A DNA stretch of 63,684 bases, filler included, from Nitrospiraceae bacterium (GTDB lineage: Bacteria > Nitrospirota > Nitrospiria > Nitrospirales > Nitrospiraceae), in assembly GCA_037442105.1 (NCBI GenBank). It is 3 parts of 3 records of this genome, joined end to end, with 100 filler letters (N's around TTAATTAATTAA, not from the genome) between each part and the next. Parts side by side here need not be neighbours in the genome. Positions count along the whole stretch, not along the records: positions 38,576 to 63,684 come from JBBIQV010000039.1; 2 more parts are not named here. One strand, given 5' to 3'. Made by a program: the position numbers and the translations under genes. The notes under the pieces are model-generated. The model was not told the DNA's origin. It made no database searches and worked only from the letters and a program-made list of their open reading frames with translations. Positions within the stretch are counted from its first letter, which is position 1; each line of letters opens with the position of its first letter. This document shows, in pieces, positions 49,779 through 59,992 of this stretch.

Positions 49779-49795
49779 AGCAAGAGGGATGCCGA
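49779..49795 (-). promoter_or_regulatory. Putative sigma54 (-24/-12) promoter
   Basis: TCGGCATCCCTCTTGCT on the minus strand: GG-N10-GC spacing, close to TGGCAC-N5-TTGC. Confidence 0.6.
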
Positions 49796-49909
49796 ACGCG
49801 CAGGGCTGAAAAATGCTTGGAATTGTGCACGCTTGGCAGACCATGAGGTACGCGACTCAGGTCATAGTGGAGGGAGAAACCTTCTGGATGCTGCTGCGAG
49901 CGCCAAGGA

Positions 49910-49967
49910 GCGAATGGCGGATAGCGAATGGCTCTGGCTACAGGCTGCTGGCTATTGGCTGTTCGCT
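49910..49967. repeat. Degenerate heptamer-repeat hairpin
   Basis: GCGAATG GCGGATA GCGAATG / GCTACAG GCTGCTG GCTATTG GCTGTTC. Confidence 0.8.
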
Positions 49968-50004
49968 AGTCTGATTCGCGACGAACCGTCATGAATAATG
50001 CGCG

Positions 50005-50247
50005 CTAGGGAGAGCTTACGCTGGGAATCACACGTCCCCAACGAATCCTGTGCCATACCCGTTCATGGGCCCAGTAGAGGAAGATCTTGGTGAGGGCTTC
50101 AGTCGATCCGATGAAGGCCGCATACTTGACGCTTCCTGTGATGAGAAAACTGATAATCATGGTATCGATGGTGCCGACGGCTCTCCAACTGATCCCTTTT
50201 ACCACGCTCCGGATGTGTGATTCTTTCCCTACCGCATCCTTACCCAT
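50005..50247 (-). CDS. DUF2061 domain protein
   Basis: 'RSVVKGISWR', 'LYWAHERVW..IRWG'. Confidence 0.85.
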   Translation of the reverse strand: MGKDAVGKESHIRSVVKGISWRAVGTIDTMIISFLITGSVKYAAFIGSTEALTKIFLYWAHERVWHRIRWGRVIPSVSSP

Positions 50248-50331
50248 GAAGCACGCTCCCATTTAGAGGCCATGTGTTCGTTCGGCAGAACCATCCTCAG
50301 GCTTCGCACGAAGTGGAGTGCACGCATCGCA

Positions 50332-50772
50332 TCAGCGTGGCTTTTTGCTCGCTCCCTGCGCGAAATCCCTCAGCGTATAGTGATCGAGGATTCCTGCAAT
50401 CGCGTTGCGGACTTCTCCCATCGCATCTTGCAGTGGACAATAGGCTTTGGTCGCATAGGGACAGTCGCCGCACTTTTGGTAGGCGGTCTTGCTCACGCAG
50501 CAAATCGGAGCCAGCGGCCCATCCAAGATGCGGATCACCTGACCTAAGGTAATGTCCTCCGGCGACTTAATCAGGGTATAGCCTCCCTTTATGCCACGGC
50601 GGCTGGCAAGCAACCCCGCACGCTTGAGAGCCAAGAGGATCTGCTCCAGAAACTCCACGGGAATATGCTGGCGTTCTGCAATCTCATGGCGCTGCAGCAT
50701 TGTCCGATCGTAGGCGGCGGTCAGTTCGAGGAGCGCACGGAGCCCATATTCACTTTTCTTTGAGAGTCTCAT
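50332..50772 (-). CDS. Rrf2 family transcriptional regulator
   Basis: 'MRLSKKSEYGLRAL', 'FLEQIL', 'SRRGIKGGY'; Cys-rich loop 'CCVSKTAYQKCGDCPYATKAYC'. Confidence 0.92.
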   Translation of the reverse strand: MRLSKKSEYGLRALLELTAAYDRTMLQRHEIAERQHIPVEFLEQILLALKRAGLLASRRGIKGGYTLIKSPEDITLGQVIRILDGPLAPICCVSKTAYQKCGDCPYATKAYCPLQDAMGEVRNAIAGILDHYTLRDFAQGASKKPR

Positions 50773-50946
50773 AGGGGGCGAAAGATAGATTCTTAACTTA
50801 GTTAATCAAGTTTCATCAAAATAGATCACTTGCTCGGATTGCGTCAAGTACGTTTCTAGTCACAGTTGAGCAGACTTGTTTGCAGTCTGCATCCCAAGAA
50901 TGACTGATCACCGTGCACAACTCTTTGATCAAAGAGGGTTTGTTCC

Positions 50947-50976
50947 TTGACACCTGAAGACCTTTCTTGCTAGCTT
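50947..50976 (+). promoter_or_regulatory. Putative sigma70 promoter for glyQS
   Basis: TTGACA-N18-TAGCTT with a TG extension. Confidence 0.45.
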
Positions 50977-51035
50977 GAAGCCACTTTTTCTGCCGCGCGG
51001 CGCTGAGCCGAGAGTCCCCAACCAGTGGATCGTTC

Positions 51036-51968
51036 GTGACCTTCCAGGAACTCATTCTCTCCCTCAATCGCTATTGGGCGCGTCAAGGGTGCGTGATTCA
51101 CCAGCCCTATGACCTGGAGATGGGGGCAGGCACGTTTCACCCCGCTACCTTCCTGCGCGCATTGGGGCCGGAACCCTGGCGTTCAGCTTATCCGCAACCT
51201 TGCCGCCGCCCGACTGACGGGCGCTACGGCGAGAATCCCAACCGTATGCAGCACTACTATCAATACCAAGTCGTCTTGAAGCCCTCGCCCGGTAACATCC
51301 AGTCGCTCTATCTCGACAGCTTGGCGGAGGTGGGTATTAACCCCCATCACCATGATATCCGTTTCATCCAGGATGACTGGGAGTCTCCGACGTTGGGCGC
51401 ATGGGGGCTCGGCTGGGAAGTGCGTCTCGATGGGATGGAAATCACGCAGTTCACGTATTTTCAGGAAATCGGGGGGATCGCCCTGGATCCTATTACTGTA
51501 GAGATCACGTATGGGACCGAGCGCATCGCGATGTATCTCCAACAAGTCGATAACGTGTACGACCTGGCCTGGACCGATTCCGTCAAGTACGGCGACATCC
51601 ACCACGAAACCGAAGTCCAGTTCTCTCGGTACAACTTCGAAGAAGGCGATGTAGCCATGCTGGGCGTGACGTTCCAGGCTTTCGAGGCCGAATGCAAACG
51701 ACTCCTTGCCAATACCGAGAAGCGGTTAACGCTCCCGGCTTACGATTACTGCATCAAGTCGTCGCATCTCTTCAATCTTTTGGATGCCCGTGGCGCCATC
51801 AGCGTGGCCGAACGAACCAGCTACATCGCCCGCGTCCGGGCCTTAGCCCGCCAATGCGCTGAGCGGTACATTGAGGAACGCGCAGCCATGGGACATCCGC
51901 TGATGAAGCGGGCCACGACCGGACCGGTGTTCAAGGCAAGGCAGGGTCGGATGAAAGCCGGGGCGTAG
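51036..51968 (+). CDS. glyQ: Glycine-tRNA ligase alpha subunit
   Basis: 'TFQELI', '[10 protein letters not shown]', 'GENPNR', 'EITQFTYFQ', 'TYGTER'. Confidence 0.98.
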   Translation: MTFQELILSLNRYWARQGCVIHQPYDLEMGAGTFHPATFLRALGPEPWRSAYPQPCRRPTDGRYGENPNRMQHYYQYQVVLKPSPGNIQSLYLDSLAEVGINPHHHDIRFIQDDWESPTLGAWGLGWEVRLDGMEITQFTYFQEIGGIALDPITVEITYGTERIAMYLQQVDNVYDLAWTDSVKYGDIHHETEVQFSRYNFEEGDVAMLGVTFQAFEAECKRLLANTEKRLTLPAYDYCIKSSHLFNLLDARGAISVAERTSYIARVRALARQCAERYIEERAAMGHPLMKRATTGPVFKARQGRMKAGA

Positions 51969-51979
51969 CCTGGATACCA

Positions 51980-54157
51980 ATGGCCAAAGCTGAGACACTT
52001 GCCAAGAAAAAACCGGGGGCCGGAAAGACCAAGGTGCCCGCCTCCGTAGAGAGTGCCGAGCTGTTATTAGAAATCGGCATGGAAGAACTTCCCTACCAGT
52101 TTATCCCCCCCGCGCTGGCTTCCTTAAAAGATTCCGCCGAAGCACTGCTGAAAGAACATCGTCTCTTATACCAGACCGTCCGAACCGTCGGAACTCCACG
52201 CCGCCTGGCCTTGGCTGTCAGCGGATTAGCCGCTCGCCAAGCCGGGACCGTGAAGGAAACCATGGGACCGTCGAAAGCCGTGGCCTTTGACCAGACCGGG
52301 CAGCCGACCAAAGCGGCAACCGGCTTCGCGGCAGGGCAGGGAATCGCGGTGAAAGACCTGCACGTTCGCCAAACGCCTAAAGGCGAGTATGTCTTCGCCG
52401 TGAAATGGGAAGAGGGCAGACCGACGAAGACGGTGCTGATCGAACTACTGCCGCAGCTCGTTACGAAACTCTCCTTTCCCAAGACGATGAAATGGAATGA
52501 CACGGGCGTCCGCTTTGCCAGACCCATCCGTTGGCTGCTTGCGCTCTATGCCGGCCACGTTCTGCCGATCGAAGTCGCCGGGATCAAGGCGAGCGATCGC
52601 ACATGGGGTCATCGGGTGCATGGGAAAGGAAAAGGACTCACCGTTCGCGACTTCGAATCCTACTGCAAGGCCTTGGAACGCCACGGCGTAGTTCCCGACC
52701 AGGATCGCCGGCGCAATATGGTCGATGAACAGATCGCGGCTCTCTGCAAGAAAACCGGATACCGCCTCTCCGTCGACCAGGACTTGCTGGAGCAAGCGGT
52801 GTTTACCACTGAGTGTCCCTATTCAATCATCGGCAACTTCAAACCTGCCTACCTCGAAGTGCCCCAGGAAGTCCTCATCACGGCCATGAAAGAACACCAA
52901 GGGTTTTTTTCTCTGATGAACAGGATGAAGGAATTGGTTCCGCACTTCATTGCCGTTGCCAACATTCGGCTCAAAGATATGGCTCTCATACGGGAGGGGA
53001 ACGAACGAGTGCTCGCCGCAAGGCTCGCGGATGCGAAGTTCTTCTACGACGAAGACCGGAAGATCACGCTAGCAGAACGGGCAAAGAAGCTATCCCAAGT
53101 CACCTTCCACCAGAAATTAGGCACGATGGCTCAGAAACAGGACCGGGTGGCGAAGCTGACTGTGGCGATCGCGGAATGGCTTGGCCTTCAAGACCCGTTC
53201 ATTCGCACCTGTCGTCGGGCGGCGGAGCTGTGCAAAGCCGATCTCTTGTCCGGGATCGTCGGCGAGTTTCCCACCCTCCAAGGCATTATGGGTGGCTACT
53301 ATGCCAAGCATGACAAAGAAAACCCTGAGGTCTGTACCGCTATCAGCCAGCATTATCTGCCCCGCGCTATGGAGGGAGATATTCCTTCGGGAAGTGCGTC
53401 TCAGGTGCTCTCCATCGCGGACCGGCTCGACAGCATCGCGGCTTTTTTTCACGTCGGGATTGTTCCAAGCGGGTCGGAAGATCCCTTTGCCTTGCGCAGG
53501 CACGCGACGGCGATTGTTCGCATTGTGCTTGAGGCGGGGCTCCGTCTGGATCTCGGCCGGCTCGTCGAACGGGCGCGGACGATTGTTGCCGAAGGTGGTG
53601 TGAAGGCGGCACCAGGAACTGATGGTCATCGCAGGGTGGTCGAGTTTCTCTTCGAACGAGTCCGTCACTATGGCCGGACAACGCACTCCTTCAGAGACGA
53701 TGTCATCAATGCCGTGCTTCATGCAGCCGACAAACAATCGTTCGATCTCGTCGACCTATTTGCCAAAATGAAAGCCCTGCAATCGGTGACTGCGCAAAGA
53801 GATTTCGACCCGCTCATGGTCGGATTTAAGCGGGCCCATCGTCTGACCGAGAAGGAGCAATGGGATCACAAGTCCGTGGACCCGGCGTTGTTTCAACACC
53901 CTGCCGAGTCCGAGCTCCATTCGGTCTTTCAAGCCCACCAGCGGCGCATGACCGATCGCATGAAGGCGGGGGAGTATGGTGAAGCGCTCGATTCGCTCGT
54001 GGCGTTGAAGCCGGCGATCGATGGATTTTTCGCGGCCGTCATGGTCAATGTCGATGATCCGGCCTTGCGGAGCAATCGCCTCTCGCTGCTGAAAGACGTG
54101 GATAATTTCTTCATGTCGTTCGCGGACTTTTCCCACATTGTGGTACAAGGGAGCTGA
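51980..54157 (+). CDS. glyS: Glycine-tRNA ligase beta subunit
   Basis: 'LLEIGMEELP', 'TPRRLA', 'FARPIRW', 'EFPTLQG', 'GSEDPFALRR'. Confidence 0.97.
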   Translation: MAKAETLAKKKPGAGKTKVPASVESAELLLEIGMEELPYQFIPPALASLKDSAEALLKEHRLLYQTVRTVGTPRRLALAVSGLAARQAGTVKETMGPSKAVAFDQTGQPTKAATGFAAGQGIAVKDLHVRQTPKGEYVFAVKWEEGRPTKTVLIELLPQLVTKLSFPKTMKWNDTGVRFARPIRWLLALYAGHVLPIEVAGIKASDRTWGHRVHGKGKGLTVRDFESYCKALERHGVVPDQDRRRNMVDEQIAALCKKTGYRLSVDQDLLEQAVFTTECPYSIIGNFKPAYLEVPQEVLITAMKEHQGFFSLMNRMKELVPHFIAVANIRLKDMALIREGNERVLAARLADAKFFYDEDRKITLAERAKKLSQVTFHQKLGTMAQKQDRVAKLTVAIAEWLGLQDPFIRTCRRAAELCKADLLSGIVGEFPTLQGIMGGYYAKHDKENPEVCTAISQHYLPRAMEGDIPSGSASQVLSIADRLDSIAAFFHVGIVPSGSEDPFALRRHATAIVRIVLEAGLRLDLGRLVERARTIVAEGGVKAAPGTDGHRRVVEFLFERVRHYGRTTHSFRDDVINAVLHAADKQSFDLVDLFAKMKALQSVTAQRDFDPLMVGFKRAHRLTEKEQWDHKSVDPALFQHPAESELHSVFQAHQRRMTDRMKAGEYGEALDSLVALKPAIDGFFAAVMVNVDDPALRSNRLSLLKDVDNFFMSFADFSHIVVQGS

Positions 54158-54179
54158 CTAGCGCGCTGGGCATGTAGAG

Positions 54180-54695
54180 ATGGATCACCTGCCTCCTGCC
54201 AGCCGGGTTTTGCATCGGTCGGTTGAAGACGACCGGCGAGCCGGTAAGATACGCCGGTTCTCGTCCTGGATGACCATTCTGATGATCCTCGCGTGTAACG
54301 CCATTTTCTTGCTGGGCATCTGGTGGAGCGGCGTGAATCTGGACCGGCTTGTCCGTATGCCCGACACCTTCAACCCCAAGGAGGATGTCTGCCTTCGTCT
54401 CGGCTGGCAGAAAGTCATCGGCTCCTCCGAGCTGGTGCGTCTCTGCCAGGAGTGGATACGCCTCTCGGACCCCTCCGGAGCGACGCATCAGTTCCAGCGC
54501 GAAACTGAAGTCAAACAGGACGCACAGGGCCGGCTCTATTTCGACCATGGCGCGCTGGTCGATTATCGGCTCTTTGCCCTTGTCCTGTTCATCGCCTGCG
54601 TGGTGATCTTCGGCATCATCATGAAGCGCTTCCTCGTCGGTCGGTATCGCATCCGGCTGGAGGCCGCGGCACGGCATTCATCGTCCGTTCATTGA
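54180..54695 (+). CDS. Hypothetical two-TM membrane protein
   Basis: Fills the glyS-ppdK gap in the same orientation; two hydrophobic helices around a loop with two Cys. Confidence 0.7.
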   Translation: MDHLPPASRVLHRSVEDDRRAGKIRRFSSWMTILMILACNAIFLLGIWWSGVNLDRLVRMPDTFNPKEDVCLRLGWQKVIGSSELVRLCQEWIRLSDPSGATHQFQRETEVKQDAQGRLYFDHGALVDYRLFALVLFIACVVIFGIIMKRFLVGRYRIRLEAAARHSSSVH

Positions 54696-54721
54696 CGGCG
54701 CGAAAGAAGGAGAGAGAACGC

Positions 54722-57514
54722 GTGGCCAAGCAATACGTCTATTACTTCGGCGATGGCAAAGCAGACGGCGCCGGCAACATGAAAGAATTGCTCGGCGGGA
54801 AGGGCGCCGGTTTGGCCGAGATGACCAATCTCGGCATCTCGGTTCCGCCGGGGTTCACCATCAGCACCGAGGCCTGCGTGGAGTATTACAAACGCGGGAA
54901 AACCTTTCCGCCCGGCATGTGGGAGTCCGCCCTGCTGGCGCTCAAGCGGGTGGAACGGTCAATGGGCTCGCGGTTCGGCAATCCGGCCAATCCGCTGCTG
55001 GTCTCGGTCCGGTCCGGCGCTCGCGCCTCCATGCCGGGCATGATGGACACGGTGCTCAACGTTGGTCTTACCACCCACACGGTCGAGGGCCTCGCTGCCA
55101 AAACCAGAAACGAGCGCTTCGCCCAGGACAGTTATCGGCGGTTCGTCTCCATGTTCGGCAGCATCGTCATGGGGGTCGGTCGTGAGCATTTTGAAGTGAT
55201 CCTGAAACACAAGAAGACCGAGCTCGGAGTGGCCCATGAAACCCATCTGGACGCGAAGGCGCTGAAGGAGTTGGTGGCCAGCTACAAGGCTCTCATCAAA
55301 GAACAGACCAAACGCGACTTCCCCGACGATCCGCTCGATCAGCTCCGGATGGCGATCAATGCCGTGTTCTCCTCCTGGTTCGGCGCCCGTGCCGTCACCT
55401 ACCGGCGACTCTACAACATTCCCGACTCTTGGGGGACGGCGGTCAACGTCGTTGCGATGGCCTTCGGCAACATGGGAGAGACCAGCGGCACCGGCGTCGC
55501 GTTCACGCGCGATCCGGCGTCCGGGGAAAAAACCTTCTTCGGCGAATGTCTCATGAACGCGCAGGGCGAAGACGTCGTTGCCGGAATCCGGACGCCCCTT
55601 CCGGTCAGCGCATTGGCGAAGAACGTGCCCCAGGCCTACAAGGATTTAGAGCACACCTACCGGAAACTCGAGCGTCACTACCGCGACATGCTGGATCTGG
55701 AGTTCACCATCCAGGAAGGCAAGCTCTACATGCTTCAGACGCGGGTGGGGAAGCGCACCGGAATTGCCGCCGTCCGCATCGCGGTGGACATGGTCAAAGA
55801 AGGGCTGATCTCGAAGAAAGAAGCCGTGCAGCGCATCGGGCCAGACCAGATCGCACAGTATCTGTATCCCATTTTCGATGCCACGCAGGAGTCACACTGC
55901 ACCGCGCTCGGCAAGGGACTTCCGGCCGGTCCGGGCGCTGCGGCCGGGAAAATTGCGTTGACGCCCGATCGCGCGGTCGATATGAAAGCGGCCGGTGAGC
56001 GAGTGGTTCTTGTCCGCCAGGAAACCAGCCCGGACGACATTCACGGCATGAACGCGGCGCTCGGTTTTCTCACCGCGCGGGGCGGCATGACTTCGCACGC
56101 GGCGGTGGTCGCCCGGCAGATGGGCAAAGTCTGTGTGGCCGGCTGTGACGCCGTGGAAGTAGGAGAGAATCAGACGGTCCGCATCGGCGCCAAGGTGTTT
56201 CGCGAAGGGGATTATCTCTCCATCAATGGGTCCACCGGCAACGTGTACGACGGAGACATCCCGGTCGTCGAATCGGAGATCATTCAAGTCCTGCAGGGCA
56301 AACTCGACCCGACCAACTCCGAAAAGTATCAACGCTTCGCCACGGTCCTGAAATGGGCGGACGAGATACGGACGTTGCGCGTGCGCGCCAACGCCGACGT
56401 GCCGGACCAGGCACAAATCGCCCGCGGCTTCGGCGCCGAAGGCATCGGTCTCTGCCGGACAGAACACATGTTTTTCGCCGAAGACCGCATCCCGATCATG
56501 CAGAAGATGATCCTGGCCCGGACGAAGGACGAACGGGAGAAGTATCTCGATCAACTCCTCCCGCTGCAGAAACAGGATTTCATCGGACTCTATCGAGAGA
56601 TGCAGGGCTATCCGGTGACGATCCGGTTGCTCGATCCCCCGTTGCATGAGTTTCTCCCCAAACGGGAAGAGTTGATGGTGGAGATTGCCCAACTGGAATT
56701 GACGGGGAGTAATCCTGCCGCCCTCGACGAAAAACGACGGCTGCTCGCCCGCGTCGAAGAGTTGCATGAGTTCAATCCGATGCTGGGCCTCCGCGGTTGC
56801 CGCTTGGGCATCACCATGCCGGAAATCACCAGGATGCAGGCACGAGCGATCATGGAAGCGGCCTGCGAGGTAGCCAAGGAAGGGAAGAAGATCGTCCCGG
56901 AGATTATGATTCCGCTGGTCGGCATGGTCTCCGAAATGAAAGCGCAAAAGGATATCATTCGCGAAGTCGCCCAAGAGACCATGAAGCGTTACAACACCAA
57001 ATTGTCGTGCCTGGTGGGCACCATGATCGAGTTGCCGCGCGCGGCGGTGACCGCTGATCGGATTGCCGAAGAAGCCGAATTCTTTTCATTCGGCACCAAC
57101 GATCTGACACAAACGACTTTCGGCTTCTCTCGTGACGACGCCGCCAAGTTCGTGGACTTTTACCGGACCGCCAACATTCTGGATCAGGACCCCTTTGCCG
57201 TCCTGGATCGTGAGGGCGTCGGTGCCTTGATGAAGCTCGCTGTCGCCAGCGGAAGGAAAACCCGTCCCACGATCAAGCTCGGTATCTGCGGAGAACATGG
57301 CGGCGATCCCAGTTCGGTCGAATTCTGCCATCAACTGGGATTGGACTACGTGAGTTGTTCCCCCTATCGCGTGGCGATCGCCCGTCTGGCCGCCGCCCAC
57401 GCGGCCATGGCGGAAACTGATGGGGCAAAATCCTCATCCCGCTCCGCGAGGAAGACTTCCCGCACAGGGATGCAAGCCTCGGCCCGCAAGCGCCGAACCC
57501 GTTCCAAACGGTGA
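54722..57514 (+). CDS. ppdK: Pyruvate, phosphate dikinase
   Basis: 'LLGGKGAGLAEM', 'SVRSGARASMPGMMDT', phospho-His in 'GGMTSHAAVVAR', 'GTNDLTQ', 'ICGEHGGDP'. Confidence 0.97.
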   Translation: MAKQYVYYFGDGKADGAGNMKELLGGKGAGLAEMTNLGISVPPGFTISTEACVEYYKRGKTFPPGMWESALLALKRVERSMGSRFGNPANPLLVSVRSGARASMPGMMDTVLNVGLTTHTVEGLAAKTRNERFAQDSYRRFVSMFGSIVMGVGREHFEVILKHKKTELGVAHETHLDAKALKELVASYKALIKEQTKRDFPDDPLDQLRMAINAVFSSWFGARAVTYRRLYNIPDSWGTAVNVVAMAFGNMGETSGTGVAFTRDPASGEKTFFGECLMNAQGEDVVAGIRTPLPVSALAKNVPQAYKDLEHTYRKLERHYRDMLDLEFTIQEGKLYMLQTRVGKRTGIAAVRIAVDMVKEGLISKKEAVQRIGPDQIAQYLYPIFDATQESHCTALGKGLPAGPGAAAGKIALTPDRAVDMKAAGERVVLVRQETSPDDIHGMNAALGFLTARGGMTSHAAVVARQMGKVCVAGCDAVEVGENQTVRIGAKVFREGDYLSINGSTGNVYDGDIPVVESEIIQVLQGKLDPTNSEKYQRFATVLKWADEIRTLRVRANADVPDQAQIARGFGAEGIGLCRTEHMFFAEDRIPIMQKMILARTKDEREKYLDQLLPLQKQDFIGLYREMQGYPVTIRLLDPPLHEFLPKREELMVEIAQLELTGSNPAALDEKRRLLARVEELHEFNPMLGLRGCRLGITMPEITRMQARAIMEAACEVAKEGKKIVPEIMIPLVGMVSEMKAQKDIIREVAQETMKRYNTKLSCLVGTMIELPRAAVTADRIAEEAEFFSFGTNDLTQTTFGFSRDDAAKFVDFYRTANILDQDPFAVLDREGVGALMKLAVASGRKTRPTIKLGICGEHGGDPSSVEFCHQLGLDYVSCSPYRVAIARLAAAHAAMAETDGAKSSSRSARKTSRTGMQASARKRRTRSKR

Positions 57515-58638
57515 CACCCTCTTTACGCGACCATCGGTTTATGGCTCAGGCCCTTCGTTTGGCGGCGAAGGGCCTGGGTCGGACCAGCCCGAATCCGATG
57601 GTCGGCGCTCTGGTAGTGTCCAAGGGAGCGATCATTGGACAGGGCTATCACCGCCGGGCCGGAGGTCCCCACGCCGAAGTGCTCGCCCTCCGGCAAGCCG
57701 GCTCCCGCGCGCGAGGCGCCACGCTTTACGTCACTCTTGAACCTTGCAGCCACACGTGCAAGCGCACACCACCTTGCACACCGCTGATCATTCAATCCGG
57801 CTTGCGGCGTGTCGTTGTGGCCATGACGGATCCCAACCCGCGCGTGCGGGGGAGGGGAATCAGCCGGCTCCGGCGCTCAGGGATACTGGTCGAGGTGGGA
57901 TGTGGTCGGGTTGAGGCAGAAGCCTTGAATCAGTACTACTGCCACTGGATGCGAACGGGACGGCCGTTCGTGATCCTGAAAGCTGCCATGACCCTGGACG
58001 GCAAAATTGCGACTGCAACCGGCGAGTCCAAATGGATTACAGGCGAGGAGGCTCGCCGGCACGTGCATGCACTCCGTCGTCAGGTGGATGCCATCCTGGT
58101 CGGAGTCAAGACGGCCGTCCAGGACGACCCGTCGTTGACTGCGCGACTTCCGGGATCTTCACCGAGGCTCGCTGTGCGGCAGCCGCTGCGAGTGGTCGTG
58201 GACAACAGGCTTCGCCTGCCGCTCACCGCTCGGGTGCTTGCAAACCTGGAATCCGCGAAAACGCTCGTCGCGACGACCGGGCTGGCTCCTGTCAAAAAAC
58301 GCCGTCGATTAGAGGTGCGCGGCGCAGAGGTATGGGTGCTTCCTGAACGGCAGGGGCGGGTCTCGCTCTCCCATCTCTTGTCGAGGCTTGGTACTCGGCA
58401 GATCACGAGCCTTCTCATCGAGGGCGGCAGCGAGGTCAACGCGTCCTTCTTGCGCGCCTCTCTCGTCGATCATGTCATGTTGTATGTCTCACCGCGTGTC
58501 CTGGGTGGCCAGGATGCCAAGAGCCTGATCGGCGGACGCGGACCACGACACTTGGCACAGGCCACCATGCTCCATGACCTCCGAATTCAGCGCATCAACG
58601 GAGACTTGCTCATCGAGGGCACGCCGGGGAAGCCGTGA
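57511..58638 (+). CDS. ribD: Riboflavin biosynthesis deaminase/reductase
   Basis: 'PNPMVG', 'HAE', 'TLEPC...PPC', 'TLDGKIA', 'IEGG'. Confidence 0.96.
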   Translation: MTPSLRDHRFMAQALRLAAKGLGRTSPNPMVGALVVSKGAIIGQGYHRRAGGPHAEVLALRQAGSRARGATLYVTLEPCSHTCKRTPPCTPLIIQSGLRRVVVAMTDPNPRVRGRGISRLRRSGILVEVGCGRVEAEALNQYYCHWMRTGRPFVILKAAMTLDGKIATATGESKWITGEEARRHVHALRRQVDAILVGVKTAVQDDPSLTARLPGSSPRLAVRQPLRVVVDNRLRLPLTARVLANLESAKTLVATTGLAPVKKRRRLEVRGAEVWVLPERQGRVSLSHLLSRLGTRQITSLLIEGGSEVNASFLRASLVDHVMLYVSPRVLGGQDAKSLIGGRGPRHLAQATMLHDLRIQRINGDLLIEGTPGKP

Positions 58639-58672
58639 CTCCCGACAGATGGTGCGTTACACTGACATTGCT

Positions 58673-59983
58673 ATGCTCATTCGTCTTGTTCTCGTGCTCG
58701 CCTGCTCACTCTGGCCTGTCGTGACCAGCCATGCCGCTGTGTCCTTGTCTGACGCCGCTCCGTCGGACTCTGTGCAGGCGGTTCCGCTACGCCAACTCGT
58801 TCAGGACTACCTCACTACGGAAGATACGGAACAGGCCAAGGAACTCCTGACGGCGATTCTTCAGAACAAGGACGCCACCGTCTCCGCGCTCGAAGAAATC
58901 ATTCGCGCCGGGCCGTCGTACGACAGCCAACCGGTCGGCGTTCTTCCCGAGATGCGCGTAGTGGTGCGGGATAGAACCTACGAGGTCAGCCTGGCCGTGC
59001 CCGACTCCTACCGACCGTCGAACAGTTACGGACTCGTTGTGTGCTTGCACGGAGCAGGCTTCACAGGGGCTGCTTATTTAGAACGGTGGCGACCGCGGTT
59101 GGGCGAGGATTATCTCCTGGCCTGTCCGACCTACCCGCAAGGAGCGTGGTTTACACGCCGGGCCGAGGATCTCGTGCTCGCCACCATTCGCGCCGTACAG
59201 CGCCGGTACCGCATCGCCCCTGATCGGATCTTCCTCACCGGCATGTCGAACGGCGGGATCGGCGCCTGGCTGATCGGCATGCACCATGCCACGCGCTTCG
59301 CCGGCATCGTTCCCATGTCCAGCGGGATCGACACGGTGCTGTTTCCATTCCTTGAGAACTTGCGCGGCACGCCGGCCTATATCATTCACGGGATGCGCGA
59401 TGAGGTCATGCCGGTCGAACTCAGTCGCACCATCGTCAAAGAACTCGCGCGCCTCGGATATCCCTACGTCTATCGCGAACACGACAAGACGCACCCGTTG
59501 GCCGGCGGACATTTTTTCCCCCGGGAAGAACTGCCAGACCTCGTGAAATGGCTCAACGGACAGCGGCGCGCGCCGCTGTCGAAAAGTCTGACGGTGGTAC
59601 GAGATGCCTCGCACCTGTTGCCGTTTGGGTGGGTCCGGATCGATGCAACGGATCGCATCGCCGCGTTTTCTGAAGATCTCGTCGATCGGGGCGATGAGGC
59701 GATCCGCCAGCGGACGTACGCCAAGCTCCACGCCGAGATCACGGCCTCGAATCGGATCGAGGTGCGGATCGAGCGAGTACAGAGCTTCAGCCTGTTTCTG
59801 AACGATCGCCTGATTGACCTGACCCAACCGGTTACCGTTGTGACCAACGGCCGGATCTCGTTTGAAGGTCTTGTCTCTCCCAATGTCGAGACCTTGCTCC
59901 AGCAGGCCAGGCTCCGCCAGGACCCTCAACTCCCTTTCCCGGTCCACCTCCGCATCGCCGTTCCGCCGACTCCTGCGCCATGA
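58673..59983 (+). CDS. Secreted alpha/beta hydrolase (esterase/peptidase-like)
   Basis: Signal peptide, 'VCLHG', nucleophile 'GMSNGG', 'HGMRD', 'GGH'. Confidence 0.8.
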   Translation: MLIRLVLVLACSLWPVVTSHAAVSLSDAAPSDSVQAVPLRQLVQDYLTTEDTEQAKELLTAILQNKDATVSALEEIIRAGPSYDSQPVGVLPEMRVVVRDRTYEVSLAVPDSYRPSNSYGLVVCLHGAGFTGAAYLERWRPRLGEDYLLACPTYPQGAWFTRRAEDLVLATIRAVQRRYRIAPDRIFLTGMSNGGIGAWLIGMHHATRFAGIVPMSSGIDTVLFPFLENLRGTPAYIIHGMRDEVMPVELSRTIVKELARLGYPYVYREHDKTHPLAGGHFFPREELPDLVKWLNGQRRAPLSKSLTVVRDASHLLPFGWVRIDATDRIAAFSEDLVDRGDEAIRQRTYAKLHAEITASNRIEVRIERVQSFSLFLNDRLIDLTQPVTVVTNGRISFEGLVSPNVETLLQQARLRQDPQLPFPVHLRIAVPPTPAP

Positions 59984-59992
59984 TGGTTACGC

